Position numbers and translations under genes: made by a program. A stretch of DNA of 64,000 nt from Halocafeteria seosinensis (Eukaryota): contig LVLI01000141.1 of assembly GCA_001687465.1 (NCBI GenBank), positions 124,001 through 188,000 of the forward strand, in the 5' to 3' direction. This document shows, in pieces, positions 49,016 to 60,719 of the stretch (within the stretch, counting starts at the first letter, position 1; each line of letters opens with the position of its first letter). The notes under the pieces were generated by a model. It had not been told where the DNA came from. It searched no databases and saw only the letters and a program-made list of their open reading frames with translations.

Positions 49016-51209
49016 TTAACCTTGATTGCCGGATGTCTCCGTCGGAGACATGTCACTATATTGTGTGTTGTGAGCTGCGTGCTCGGGAACAGCTACAGAT
49101 TGTGGCCGCTGTTGTTGCAGCGAGGGAGGAGGAGGTGCGTATCCTTCTTCGGCTTGCCCATTGTTGTGTCTTGGGCTCCGGCCCTCTTGTTGTTGTATAC
49201 CACTCTGTCCAGTGGGCGCTCTACCGGTGCGGGAGGCAGAAGTTTGAGTTCGGTAGCTTTGACTGCCGTACACGCGAACTGAATTCTGGGATAATCTATG
49301 CCTTGAAGGCGCCGCAGAAGATGCTTTCGTGCGTGTTGCCGTAGAGCTTTTCTTGACCTTAGAGGTAGTACCGCTCCCTGCAAGCTGGGAGGGAGAGTAC
49401 AAGGTTTTGTATTCTTGAATATGGTAGTGGTCGGGGAGCATATCCCTCGTGTAGGCATATGGAGCATCCAATATCTTTCCTAAACTGAGATTTAGCCATG
49501 ATTCGACAGTTTCAAGATCATCTGGGTGGATAAGGCCAAAGTCAGCGAGCTCTTGACTAAGCCTCCGAGGACTTTCATTAGGGTCATCAAGCCCGATGCC
49601 AAACCGTATACTACGGTAAGCCAACTGATCAGATTTACTGGATGGGTAAAAGATGCTCATCTGCAAAGTAACCTTGGCTCGACGAAATGCAAAGTGCTCA
49701 AATGTCACAGCCACTAATCGTGGAGGAGTGACTGGTTTCTTTGAGTCATCCTTTGAGGGTGAAGACGGCCCTGTTGACGCATCATGTTGCGCGCGCTGAT
49801 CGCTCTTCACGTCGGAATTGCTGACAAATGACTCTGGTGGGGGTTGCCCCCTATTAAAGGCTCCACTTAAAGGGGTTGAAGATTCTACGGATTGTTGGTC
49901 TTTGGATGGTGATACAGGGCCCTTTGCTTCCGTGGAAGTGTCTGCGCTTTGAGAGCTGACTTTAGACGTCATTGCTGAAGAAGTAAGGGTGGTCGAAGCA
50001 ACGTGCGTCTCCGCACTTGCACTAGCCGATTGAGTGGCTTTCTGCTCACCATCGGTCTGAGACGCAGACCCACTGCCTTCTGCTTCCTTATCTTTCCTTT
50101 TGGGTTTTTCTTTTTTCTTCTTCTTCTCCGTTAACCATGGATGTTCACGTAGTTGTCTGACGGTTGGTCTATCCTGGAGATTTGCTGCCAAGCAAGGTCT
50201 GATGAACTCAGCTATTTCCGGACGCCCTTCCGGCTTCCTTTCAAATTCCAAAAGAGTGATTGGCATTTCCCCATTCAACTTGGCCTCTTGCATGGCTTGG
50301 AAAGTCTCATTTTCCTCTAACCAGTAAGGCTTTACTCTAGTTACCATCTGTAGCACGCACAGTCCAAAACTGTAGATGTCACCAGCCGTTGTCGGGTTGT
50401 CATCCCCTTCAGGAGGAGTAAAACGCCCGGCTTCTGTAGGATTTCCGCTACGAGTAGAGCGAGACACCATTCTGAAGGTCCCAAGGCGGATATTTCCAGA
50501 TTCACCATTAATAAAAATGTTATCCAAGCGTAGATCGCCATGCGCTTGCCCTTGTGTAGTATGAAGATACTCCAGTGCATCCAGTATCTGATTGCACCAT
50601 TTCCTGACAACTTTTACCCTTACATCCTCCTTGATTCTTTTGATATATCTGTAGTACCATGGATATTGAGGAATACAAATGTTCCAAATTGTTGAAAAAA
50701 TTGGACGTACCCTTCTAGCGTTCCGGCAGTAAGGATTTCCGTGATATAGATCACTGTATTATCTTCCTGCCAGCTATCAATGACTTTCATGAGATGTTCA
50801 TGTTGAAAGTCATATAAATTATCTCTGGGCCTGCCCGGACCCGAAGCCGAAACAACATGCATGGCCACTTCTACTCCCTGTTCGCGATCGTATGCTGTGA
50901 AACTGCGCGAAAGACAAGTTTAGTGCTAAGCACGCACGCATGGACAGAGACACCACCGGTAATGCTTACATTTTCTTATCTTCCGTCGATCCAGGGAGAG
51001 TATCCGTGCCCTGCAATTGAAAGCTAATGTGAGCATTAAAGGCTGCAAAAAAAGATGCATGTTGAATGGGCGCTCACCTGCATAAATCGTGCTCGTTTTT
51101 GTTCAATCGCGGACATGTTTGTCTGCTGTAAGGGAGCTTGGGAGTGCGATGTATCAGAAGGATTCTCCTCTTCGTCGTACTCGTCCTTAACAGGCTCAAG
51201 GGACGCCAT
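49016..51209 (-). CDS. WNK/NRBP-related protein kinase-like protein, probable pseudokinase (multi-exon)
   Basis: AYDREQGVEVA, YITEILTAGTL, VRKWCNQILDALEYLH, HGDLRLDNIFING, DIYSFGLCVLQMVT..PY. DFG/DLG is replaced by GTF. C-terminal CCT-like segment. Confidence 0.8.
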
Positions 51210-51987
51210 GCTGCCTGCCTGAGTATGGTATATGAGCCTGTAGTACTTGCTAGGGAATGCCACTCCTCACAACAGCATCTGGCGAAACAAATGGAGTTGA
51301 AGTCGGGCAATTTGTACCTGATGGTTTACAGGGGATATATCTCCTCTTAGATTCACTTCCAAACCATCGGTACAATGAGTGGTCAAGCTAAATTCGCCTT
51401 AAAATCACTATTTGAATGCCTTAGCAGCAATCATTTCGCTCACCTCAGATGCTGTGAGAACTTCAACCTGGAGCTCTTTGAGCCAAGCAGCATAGGCGAA
51501 ACGCCCCTCAAAATTTCAGAGTACCATCTCCATGGTTTTGTATTGGATGCTTCAGGGGATATTGTGGATCCATTGGTGTTTGAAGAAGGGACGCGTACAA
51601 AGTAGCTTTGTTGGTTTCTGGCGCCCAACGGCGGCTGCGCATGTGTCAGTTTTCTTGACAATTTGGAGAGCCAGATACACACGCTTTGAGTGGCGATTCT
51701 TGGCTCCGGGCGTAAAAGGATAGTAGATATCCGTGTGTTTATATGCTACTGACAGTTCTAAATGGTTTCCTGACGTCCTGAAATCCGTGGATCATCCTTG
51801 GTTGAAGCCGTCTCTCAAGGCTATAGTGCTCATTCACCCATTTTGGTGAAACGGCATCGCTGCTGAAATGCTTCCCTCGGGAGCTCTACGCAATATAGTG
51901 TGCAATCGCCAAACATTGCGCACTGTATTTACGTCCATGCACGTGACCAAGATTCCGTCGAGATCCCCCATGGAAGCGTGTAGGAAC

Positions 51988-52435
51988 ATGTCGCAAATGC
52001 AACCAAAAGAGAAGCAAGAAAGCTCCGATAACGGAAATCCGCAGTCTAATAGGCACCGTTCGACTGAATACAGTGATGACGATGAAAAGGATCGGATTCG
52101 AAAGGGAAAACTGCCGAGCCACGTCAATTACGGAGAGGAGTATTGGCACAAGCAGCGGCAGGAATGGCTTACTCCTCCTGATGGAGAACCACCAAAACGA
52201 AGGAGGTAAGTAGACCTATGCTTAAAGAAATATGGAATGAGGTGCATCAATGAAGTGTCGGGTTTCGATTTCTATCTTGTTCTTCAGGAAGAAGGCCGTT
52301 CCCATCAATGTTGCGAAATTTGAAGAATTGCTTCGTCAGCCTGATAAGAAACAAGCGTTTCCTCATCCCGTTCCTCTCGGACAGATGATAGACATTATGA
52401 CAGAACTTTGGGAAGACGAGGGAATATTTGACTGA
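51988..52435 (+). CDS. DUF4050-family small protein (two exons)
   Basis: NYGEEYWHKQRQEW and FPHPVPLGQMIDIMTELWEDEGIFD match my recollection of DUF4050. Start codon uncertain (51970 or 51988). Confidence 0.75.
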
Positions 52436-52940
52436 AAGTCAAACGGATGTTTCTCAATTGAGTACCCCAGCCGCTAGGACGGATTCAAGAGTGTCCTCTA
52501 TGTGTCCTTTTTCCACCTTCTAAAATTAGTATACGATATATTTATCATGAAAATCTTGAGTGGAATTTGGATAAGTGCATGTCGTCTGACATCCTAAAGG
52601 AATCAACCGTTCTTATTGTCGTTTGTACGAGTACTACAATATGTAACATTTAATTACTGCTGTCTGACTCTGGTGCAAACACACAGAAAACACGACGTAA
52701 CCCCTGTTAGAAAGATGATTTTCTGCAATTTTTATAAATACTTCCACGAACTGTCTGTGACATATGCTGAGATACGTACATTGTACAACGTGGTAGATGC
52801 TACCAGTTGTGAAGCTCGGCCACAGATATCATACCTTTCCCCTCTCGGAGGGTACTCCAATAGAAAGTTCTAATTTGTTCCGTCTATATAGGTTTTACTA
52901 TTGTGTAGGGTTGTTATTACACAGTCCGCAAAACAGAAAA

Positions 52941-53964
52941 ATGCCTCGAGGTATGATAATCGAAGCTATCGGTGGCTTCCCTCTTGTTGAGTGGCGTTTG
53001 TTCCCTGTGTAGTGTCCTTTGGCACTCCAAAAGCTGTGTCTTATTTCTCACGTATGGTACTTTGCAGGAGGGAAAGTCAATAAGAAGGGAAGACGGCGCA
53101 TGCTGCCGCAAAGCGAGGAGGACATTGCGCGTCGGGGTAAGGCCTTAACTTCACTGTGCTGTGGCTGTATGTCGATGCTGCAACTCCTGCCTGCACCGTG
53201 AATGCTGATTCCAGACGAAGATAGCGAAGAAGATGAAGATGAAGGTCAGGGAGAAGCTGAAGACGACGACGATAGGGACTGGGAGACGAAACTAGATGAT
53301 AGTCGCTTGGCAGAAGAATCAGAGCGTGCTCGAGCAGCTTTCTCGAGTATGAGAGTCTCTGAGGAAGAGAGACCCGCCAATGAGCGCTTGAATGTGCGAA
53401 ACCTTGTAGCGACAGCAAATCCAAATATAAATCCGAAAGGAGCGGCGGCGGCAGCAGCAAGCTCGTATCCACTCACGGGGGAAGAGGAGGAGGAAGAAGA
53501 TGATGATGTTATTGTGCACGACCCCTACGGAGCATTTGACCCGATGTCTCGAAGCTCTATGAGCAAGCAAGAAAGGGAAGAGCAACAAAGAAAGGAAGAA
53601 GGTAAGCTCCGCTGAAGTTAGCAGCAATGTGAGTAGCTGTAATTGCTTTCCTACTAAATGCAGAACGGAAGAAAGACCTTCAATGGAAGCACCAGTCTAC
53701 TCCTGAAGCACAAGAAGAAGCTGAAAAGCTACAGGAGATCCGGGCTCAACGGGAGAGAGGTGAGGCCTTGCGAGAGGCTCATCTAGAAGGTAAGGTTACC
53801 ATGCTTATTTACTGGCCATGTAGCATCGCCGTTACACTTGGGAGTCCCTGAGCACTATCTCAGACAAAGAACGAAAGAAAAAGGCTGCTCAAGAGCGAGC
53901 GGCAGCACTCTTGGCGAAGAAACAGCAACCTGGTAAAAAAGGAAAGAAGGGTAAAAAGCACTAG
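52941..53964 (+). CDS. 28-kDa heat- and acid-stable phosphoprotein (PDAP1/PP28)-like, multi-exon
   Basis: MPRGGKVNKKGRRR start, acidic tract, NPN motif, MSKQEREE, then EAEKLQEIRAQRE and a Lys-rich end. TAG at 53962-53964. Confidence 0.65.
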
Positions 53965-54453
53965 TCGCCCCGAGGTGTGTCATATCTGCTGTGGCAGTAA
54001 TATCGTAAACTTGAAAGAATTAGTTTCCGATAGAAACTATACGCTCTGCGTGTTTAGATTGCTTGACTATTTATTGTCAGTATGATACGTATTTTCATTT
54101 TCATCCTGCCGCTTGATGTAGCTGCAAGTTTTTAGTTCGCTAGAACCAATTGCCCAAGGCACGAATGCACACTGAAGTTAGGTGAAGTATTCACTGCCAA
54201 ATCTGTTTTCCAATATAAAGATGATAGCTGATTGGTGGTACGTCTTGCTTTCTCTCATGTTCCACCTGACAGCGTCAAGCTAGGGGACCCTAGTAGGGGT
54301 TCTGTTTCCGCCCTCGCGAAGGCCAGTTACGCAAGTGAACTGCAACACTCGTTGGGGGTAGTGCCATGGGTGTACTGAGGATCGTTCCACTGGATGCTTG
54401 AGAATTTTACAGAGATTAACTAAGGGGCATAGTATTTCGTATACTACCGCGTG

Positions 54454-56127
54454 ATGGTCGTTGGTAAAGCAGAGAAAGCGATATGGCTTCTGGCGGTGGT
54501 TAGTGTGCTGCCGTCAGCGAGTTTGGCGAAATGTCCCTTCGCCAATATGATGTCATCTTCGGCCTCCTCTCCTCATAGGAATAACGGAAGAGAGGACACA
54601 CATTCTCTGGGAAACACTGATATCCTGAAAAGTATCCCTGTGGATGAAGAAAGCTCGACGGTACCTTTGGAAGGAGAGGTATGCCATGCATTGAATTGAT
54701 GGATATGACATCTTCGAGTGTAATGAGGAATCAAGACAATGTTTTGCAGATACCACAAGCAAATAACAAATCGGACCCACTTGTTCGGATTAATAATTGG
54801 TTCCATGATCTCTACGATGCAAGCGTAAGCGCAAAGAAAGAGATGCACCCATTCACAGTCCAGCGTGTGTAAACTAGCCCTTGACTTATTGTGCACAGGG
54901 AGCTACGCTACGGCCGGATCCGGTGATAGTGCTTGAGGTATGTATTTTGGAATGCGTGCTTCTGTGCTGCAGTCTAAGTTGCTTTACTGTGTATTTGTCA
55001 TGGTCACCCTACAGGGTGATTACTTGGTTCTGCGATTCAACAATGGCACGAGGGAGAAGCAGCAAATAACGCCGATGGTATTTCATAACCTTAAGATGAT
55101 TTGTCACATTCCTCTGGTCGCATTCGTCGATTTATGGCCTCCTCTCCGTGCTTCTTTGCCCAAAGAGAATGAAAGGCTCCAGAGTGTGTTTAGCCGAATA
55201 CTGCGTGGAACTAAGGCAATTCCCAATTCTGCCCTTGGTTCAACGGACCCCGTTACTATCCCCAACAAGGTAGCCGACGATATGAAGGCGCTTTTGAGTA
55301 ACATTAGCGAGTACCGAGAGTCTATATTACGCCCGACGCGTTTTGAAGGAGAGGAGCAACTGGAAAGGCAAGTAGCAATCGTGCATGAAACGGAGAACTT
55401 CTTGAACACGATTCTTAGTCGTACCCCGCCTACTGTCACTCTGAATGAATTCTTGACATTCACTCGGGGAATATCGGAGGATCTCTCTAAGAATTTGGAC
55501 GACGCAGCCGCAGGTCAAGTGAACATGTAAGTTAGGATACGCGAGTACACTGGCTATCCAGCATGACCTGTGGTTTCCCTTGCAGGCTCAATGACGCGTT
55601 TGTGAAGTGGAATGCAACGTATGGTTTGACCAAGCTTCTTTTGGAAGGCTTTAACAAACCTGATCCTCTTAGACACCTGCGTGTTGCCATCACGACTTCC
55701 CACATGGCACGCACACAAGCTTTAGCTGCTCAATACTTCTCACGCTTCTTTGGCGTGAATATCAATCGCAACGATAGGTACGTCGACGTTCAAAAGAGCC
55801 ATCGCACGTGTGCTGTATGTGCGAATTATGGTTGCAATATGATGGGGCAGATTTATGACATTGGAACAATTGTCTACCGAGGAGCAAGTATTGAGTTTGC
55901 TGGACACAGCCCAAACAGATCTGGCCATGGGATATTCCTTCTTTGGTGATATGTACCGAATGCAAGAGGACGCTCTCTGCCACGGTATGTGCCTTCATTG
56001 GTATGCTTCATTCTTTTTGGCATTGAGGCTTTTTCCTTTTCTTTTTTTTTTTTTTTTTCTGCAGGTGCAAAAAAAGCTTTGGACAAACTATTTCCAAAGT
56101 CCGCCAACTCTACGATTGGCTGCCTAA
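54454..56127 (+). CDS. Secreted uncharacterised protein resembling a bacterial hypothetical family, multi-exon
   Basis: Signal-peptide-like AIWLLAVVSVLPSASLA followed by KCPF. Exons join by GT-AG introns. Motifs FHNLKMICHIPL, HMARTQALAAQYF, FFGDMYRMQEDAL. Confidence 0.7.
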
Positions 56128-56617
56128 AGCAAGGATAAGCTCTACTTTGAGCGAGTACTCTTTCTCTACAACTGGTTTAGCATTCTGGGATCGGATACGG
56201 CCCAAAGCAGTTAGCAATGCCAGTTTCGTGTATCCGCAACATCAGATAGTGGATTCTGCATACCCGAACCTTCATGTTTGGGAACCACCTACATACACTT
56301 GTTTGGAATTTTTCGTGGTTTCGATGTGTTCGCAACTTCGCGACCTGTCTTGAGAAACTAAATATCAACTGCATGGATGGACTTCTAACCAGTACTGTCC
56401 TCCCGTAAGCTAAAGCTACTGGCTTGACTAAACCGTAGGGGGGTACACTTCACGTTCTTGAAAACACGCCACAAAGATTGCTGTGTTCCGCATTCATGCA
56501 CCTTTTGACAAGGCTTTTGTATCTATAGCAAGGTGGCTTCCAGAGGATTGTCCACTTTTGTCCTGTATGCGTTTTATTTCCTTTGACGAAGTGTTAGAGC
56601 AGGAGGGAGAGGGAACA

Positions 56618-59600
56618 ATGGCGCAGACACATCTCCCAGTCTTCAATTTCTTCGAGCGCCACACAGTCTCCAGTCCCGAGCACGAATTCACCACTTCCAA
56701 GGACGATGCCGCCGAACTAGCAGTTCTGCAGGCTCTGGAGACCACCTGTGCAACTTCAGGACGTGGAAGACTCTGTTTCGGAGACGCTCATGGACGCATA
56801 ATCACTGCTAGCAAGGATTTCTGCCTCAATTACTTCCGTCCCCATGGCTTCACGAACCACGTCAAACAGCTTGCAGATCGTGATATTTTGGTTTCCGTAG
56901 GCGACGGACAGGATCAACGCCTTCCCGTTGAGAGAGATGCCCTCAGAAAGTATCGCTGCAATGAGGCATTGTCAACGTTGAAGAGCCAATGTGAGGAAAT
57001 GCAGATTCGAGACAAAGCCTCAGCCATTGGGAAGGGCTCCCTACAAACGCAGAACTCGGACAGCACGGATGAATTTCGAGGCAATGTACAACTGGCGTAT
57101 GATTTAATACGACAAGGTGGGAACTCAAGTAGCCATGACATGGGCAGCGCAAAACGCGCTACGCTTCAGGTTTGGGACTTGAGCACCCTTAGTGAGCCAG
57201 GGAGTCTTCCTCGTTGTGTTCGCAAAGTGCCCGTCTTTGGGACTAATGGACCTCAAGAAAAGGCCATTACTTGCTTGGCTGTATCGGACGATCTTAAACA
57301 AATAGCGCTTGGAACAGTAGCAGGGGAAGTTGTTATACTTCTGGGGGATTTTCTCAAGGGAAAGGGTACCGTCCAGTCTGTCGCTTTGAATTTTAATAAG
57401 GAATCAAGGAATAGGAATAGTAGAGAAGCTCGAGTCAGCACCGAGGGGGAGCGACGACATCGCAAGGTTCAAACGACGTTTGTAGGGTATACTCTAGACG
57501 ATGATCCCCGGAGCGTCTCCTCTGGCAACCCTCAAAAATGCAACTGCCTCTTTGTGGTCACAAACAAGGAAGTTTATAGTTGTTTCATTGGAAATGATGC
57601 CGCGTCGCCTTCCGATGTGTCTATAAATACTCTAGACGAACTTTCTGGGGCAGACATGGATTGCTGCTCTATAATGCCGTCCTCGTCTCTCGCTCGCTCC
57701 TCAGACATTACATCCTCAGGAATCTTGGTAAAGGCTGCTTCTGATGCCATATATACCTACTCAACACAGGACAGGAGGAGCGCTATGGTGCTGCGTGGAG
57801 ATAAGCGGAAATTGTCGTCTTTCAGAAATTATCTGGTACTGGGGATTAGCGAGACGGAACAAAAGCACTCCCTTTCTCTATTAGATATGCAAAACAAACT
57901 CTTCGCCTATAGCTCTTATACAGGTGGCTACGAATCAGTTGCTCGCGGCAAGTCTGCAAAAGATGAAGCCGCGAAACTGCGGGGACAAGTTCAGTTTATA
58001 TTGTCCGAATGGGGTGCTGTTTTCGTTTATACGTATTCCGGTGAATTTTTCCAACTCATAGAAAAAGATATCCGTCAAAAACTTGAAATCTTGTTTTCCG
58101 TAGGCATGTTTGATATTGCCATATCGCTCGCCCAGAGTAATGAGTATGACGAACGCAGTATTGGGGAGATCCAGCGGCTTTATGGTGACCATTTATATGA
58201 CCTAGGGGATTACGAAGAAGCCATTCGCCAGTATATCAAGACAATTGGACATGTGGAACCTAGTGCAGTGATTCAAAAATTTCTCGGGGCGCAGCGAATT
58301 CACAATCTCCGAGAATATCTTGAAGCGCTACACGCTGCGGGTTACGCTTCGTCGGACCATACAATATTGCTCATTTCATGCTATACCAAACTTCGAGACA
58401 CTAAACAGCTTAGGGAATTTATCCGTGGCGGAGGTGGTAAACAGGAAGTGTCTTCCACCGGGAATGTTTCAGCAGAACGGTCCCCAACTTTTAATGTAGC
58501 CACTGCCATCCAGGTTCTTAGGAGTTCAAACTATTTTGATGATGCTCTGTACTTAGCTGGAGCTTACATGAAAGACCATTCGTACGTGGAAATTTGCTCC
58601 AAGGACTTGGGTTCACGGGCCGGCCACTCTCCTTCGGACGAACAGGATGAGGATGACAATGAGCATTTGGATAGAAACCCCGCTAGTGGGTTATCTTTCC
58701 GGATACAGAGCGGCTTTGATGCCGCCCTTGAGTATATTAAGAGGCAACCGTTTCAATTGGCCGATCAGTTGCTAGAAGACTATGGACATATTTTAATGAT
58801 GGAACGCCCAGCTGCTGTTACGGCTCTCCTCCAGATACTCTGCACTGACTATAAGCCTGGGAACATAGAAACAGGCAAAACACTATTGGGTGACCACGTA
58901 GTTTTCCCCACTGCCAACTCTGGAAGTGGGAGAGGCAAGACATATTCAGAACCCATGAAGTTTATGCATTTGTTTTCTCAGCATCCGCAATACTTAAAGG
59001 AATTCTTGCAGTTCATAGTTCGCAACCGCGAAACAAGTGCCGTTCCGCACAGCCAAGCTGTGTGGAATACGCTATTGGAATTGTGTCTAAGTGATGATGT
59101 GTCAGACCCCAAGACTATGCAAAAAGTGCAGGAAGAGGTGGCGTTAAACCGCACGAATTCAACAAAGCCACCGGTTAGGGAAACAGACCAGTCGGCGATA
59201 TCAGACTTTGATGAGGAGACAGCTGAGCTGAATAAGGAAGCACGGGAGGAAGCACTAGACTCCGAAGTGCTCAATGAAATCTTGCGAAACAGGCAAGCAA
59301 ATTACGATCAAGAGCACGCCCTTGTTTTGGTCCAACTACATGATTACTACAATGGCATCGTTCATATGGCTGATAAAATGCAGCTGTATGACTTACTCTT
59401 ACAAACTCAGATTACTCACGCAAAGGCCGCGTCACGGCAAGGAAACTCGGAGGAAGCGAAGATGACGCGACAAGAGATATTGGCCACTGTAAGCCAACAT
59501 GGTATAGCGGATCGTGACTTGTATGTAAACGCTCTGCAATATTTTGTCGATAGTTATACTGCATCAAACGACAAAGAAACTGAAAAAGAAGAGACGACTT

Positions 59601-60106
59601 GCATCAAGACCGTTTTAAAAGAAATCAAATCAAAAGGAGTGCTCGAGCCTCTACAAGTAATTGATATCGTGTCCAGTAATCCGCGAACGCCGTTTGTATT
59701 AATCAAGAACTATATAACCGACCAGTTGAAGGAAGAAGAGAAGACAACAGCAGAAGACCAGCGCATCGTGGAAGGACTGAGGACGGAAGCCCGACGATAT
59801 AAGGAACAGGCCAACGAGTACCGGAAGAAGGTGAAACAAGTGCAGGAGGAGGGGTCGAAGGCACTAAGAGACACACGATACGGTACACGATCCATGGCGC
59901 TCGGACCCACATCGCTTACCGCTGAAGAAGAGCAAGAGATCTATCAAAAGCAGCAAGCTCAAAAGAAGTTTGGCGACCCGAAGCGTCTTCTTCAAGACCT
60001 TTCCACAGCCGCCAGTATGGAAACAGTTACGGAATATTTTAAGCACGGTTTATTTGATAAAGAAGCTTTGGAGAAGACTGAACCTGAGCGCGAAACGGAC
60101 GACTAG
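56618..60106 (+). CDS. VPS11: Vacuolar protein sorting 11 (HOPS/CORVET), apparently lacking the RING domain
   Basis: FNFFE start, beta-propeller region, YGDHLYDLGDYEEAIRQYIKTIGHVEPSAVIQKFL, QRIHNLREYLEALH, DHTILLISCYTKL, C-terminal EYFKHGLF. Confidence 0.92.
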   Translation: MAQTHLPVFNFFERHTVSSPEHEFTTSKDDAAELAVLQALETTCATSGRGRLCFGDAHGRIITASKDFCLNYFRPHGFTNHVKQLADRDILVSVGDGQDQRLPVERDALRKYRCNEALSTLKSQCEEMQIRDKASAIGKGSLQTQNSDSTDEFRGNVQLAYDLIRQGGNSSSHDMGSAKRATLQVWDLSTLSEPGSLPRCVRKVPVFGTNGPQEKAITCLAVSDDLKQIALGTVAGEVVILLGDFLKGKGTVQSVALNFNKESRNRNSREARVSTEGERRHRKVQTTFVGYTLDDDPRSVSSGNPQKCNCLFVVTNKEVYSCFIGNDAASPSDVSINTLDELSGADMDCCSIMPSSSLARSSDITSSGILVKAASDAIYTYSTQDRRSAMVLRGDKRKLSSFRNYLVLGISETEQKHSLSLLDMQNKLFAYSSYTGGYESVARGKSAKDEAAKLRGQVQFILSEWGAVFVYTYSGEFFQLIEKDIRQKLEILFSVGMFDIAISLAQSNEYDERSIGEIQRLYGDHLYDLGDYEEAIRQYIKTIGHVEPSAVIQKFLGAQRIHNLREYLEALHAAGYASSDHTILLISCYTKLRDTKQLREFIRGGGGKQEVSSTGNVSAERSPTFNVATAIQVLRSSNYFDDALYLAGAYMKDHSYVEICSKDLGSRAGHSPSDEQDEDDNEHLDRNPASGLSFRIQSGFDAALEYIKRQPFQLADQLLEDYGHILMMERPAAVTALLQILCTDYKPGNIETGKTLLGDHVVFPTANSGSGRGKTYSEPMKFMHLFSQHPQYLKEFLQFIVRNRETSAVPHSQAVWNTLLELCLSDDVSDPKTMQKVQEEVALNRTNSTKPPVRETDQSAISDFDEETAELNKEAREEALDSEVLNEILRNRQANYDQEHALVLVQLHDYYNGIVHMADKMQLYDLLLQTQITHAKAASRQGNSEEAKMTRQEILATVSQHGIADRDLYVNALQYFVDSYTASNDKETEKEETTCIKTVLKEIKSKGVLEPLQVIDIVSSNPRTPFVLIKNYITDQLKEEEKTTAEDQRIVEGLRTEARRYKEQANEYRKKVKQVQEEGSKALRDTRYGTRSMALGPTSLTAEEEQEIYQKQQAQKKFGDPKRLLQDLSTAASMETVTEYFKHGLFDKEALEKTEPERETDD

Positions 60107-60360
60107 AGTGCTTGACACAACGTACAATAAACACAGTACCGGTAAAATTCTCTTAGATGTATCACGTCCTTGTCGCTCATTGCCTGTTAACGTGAAGCCA
60201 ACGAGCTATTCCCCCGCGAGCAACCAGTGGTCGCCGACTACTTGAGTTAAGACGCGCTGAAATGTCGTGTTCAGGATTCAATAAAACAGGAAATGCGTAT
60301 TGTCTAATTTAGAGTTGATTATTCGTTGCATTCATTCTTGAAGTTGTTTGGATCCATGAC

Positions 60361-60719
60361 ATGGCGGAGCAAACAGAGGAACGAAGGGACGACAAGCTCT
60401 CGTTTGAGCAAATCTCCCAGTTAAAGCTACAGAAAGTACGTTAATGACTGCTATTTTCATTCCATCTCTTGTGCATCAAAATCAACCCTGGAGTTCACGT
60501 TTGTCTTACCCTTCAACGACACAGAGTGAGATAAAGCACCAACATAAGGCTTACTTGGAGAGTCACCCAGAGCTCCAGAGGATCCTCAACGACTTTACAG
60601 CGTCCGTCTTGGCGGAGAAGCCAGAAGATGTTTACGCTTTCGCACAACGATATTTCGAACAAATGCGCCCACTGGTGAAGGAAGAAAATGGGCAACAATC
60701 GGCAGACAAAAGGGAATAG
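60361..60719 (+). CDS. RIIa dimerisation/docking-domain small protein (RIIAD1-like), two exons
   Basis: LSFEQISQLKLQK|SEIKHQHKAYLESHPELQRILNDFTASVLAEKPEDVYAFAQRYF. Confidence 0.75.

Noticed and set aside
54351..54400. GGGGGTAGTGCC...CTGAGGAT resembling the 5' half of a TPP riboswitch
   Set aside because: No ACCUGAU...UAAU...AGG 3' half follows.
56036..56058. Poly-T tract (also 15088-15116)
   Set aside because: Intron polypyrimidine tract and intergenic low-complexity run; no target-site duplication or retroelement evidence.
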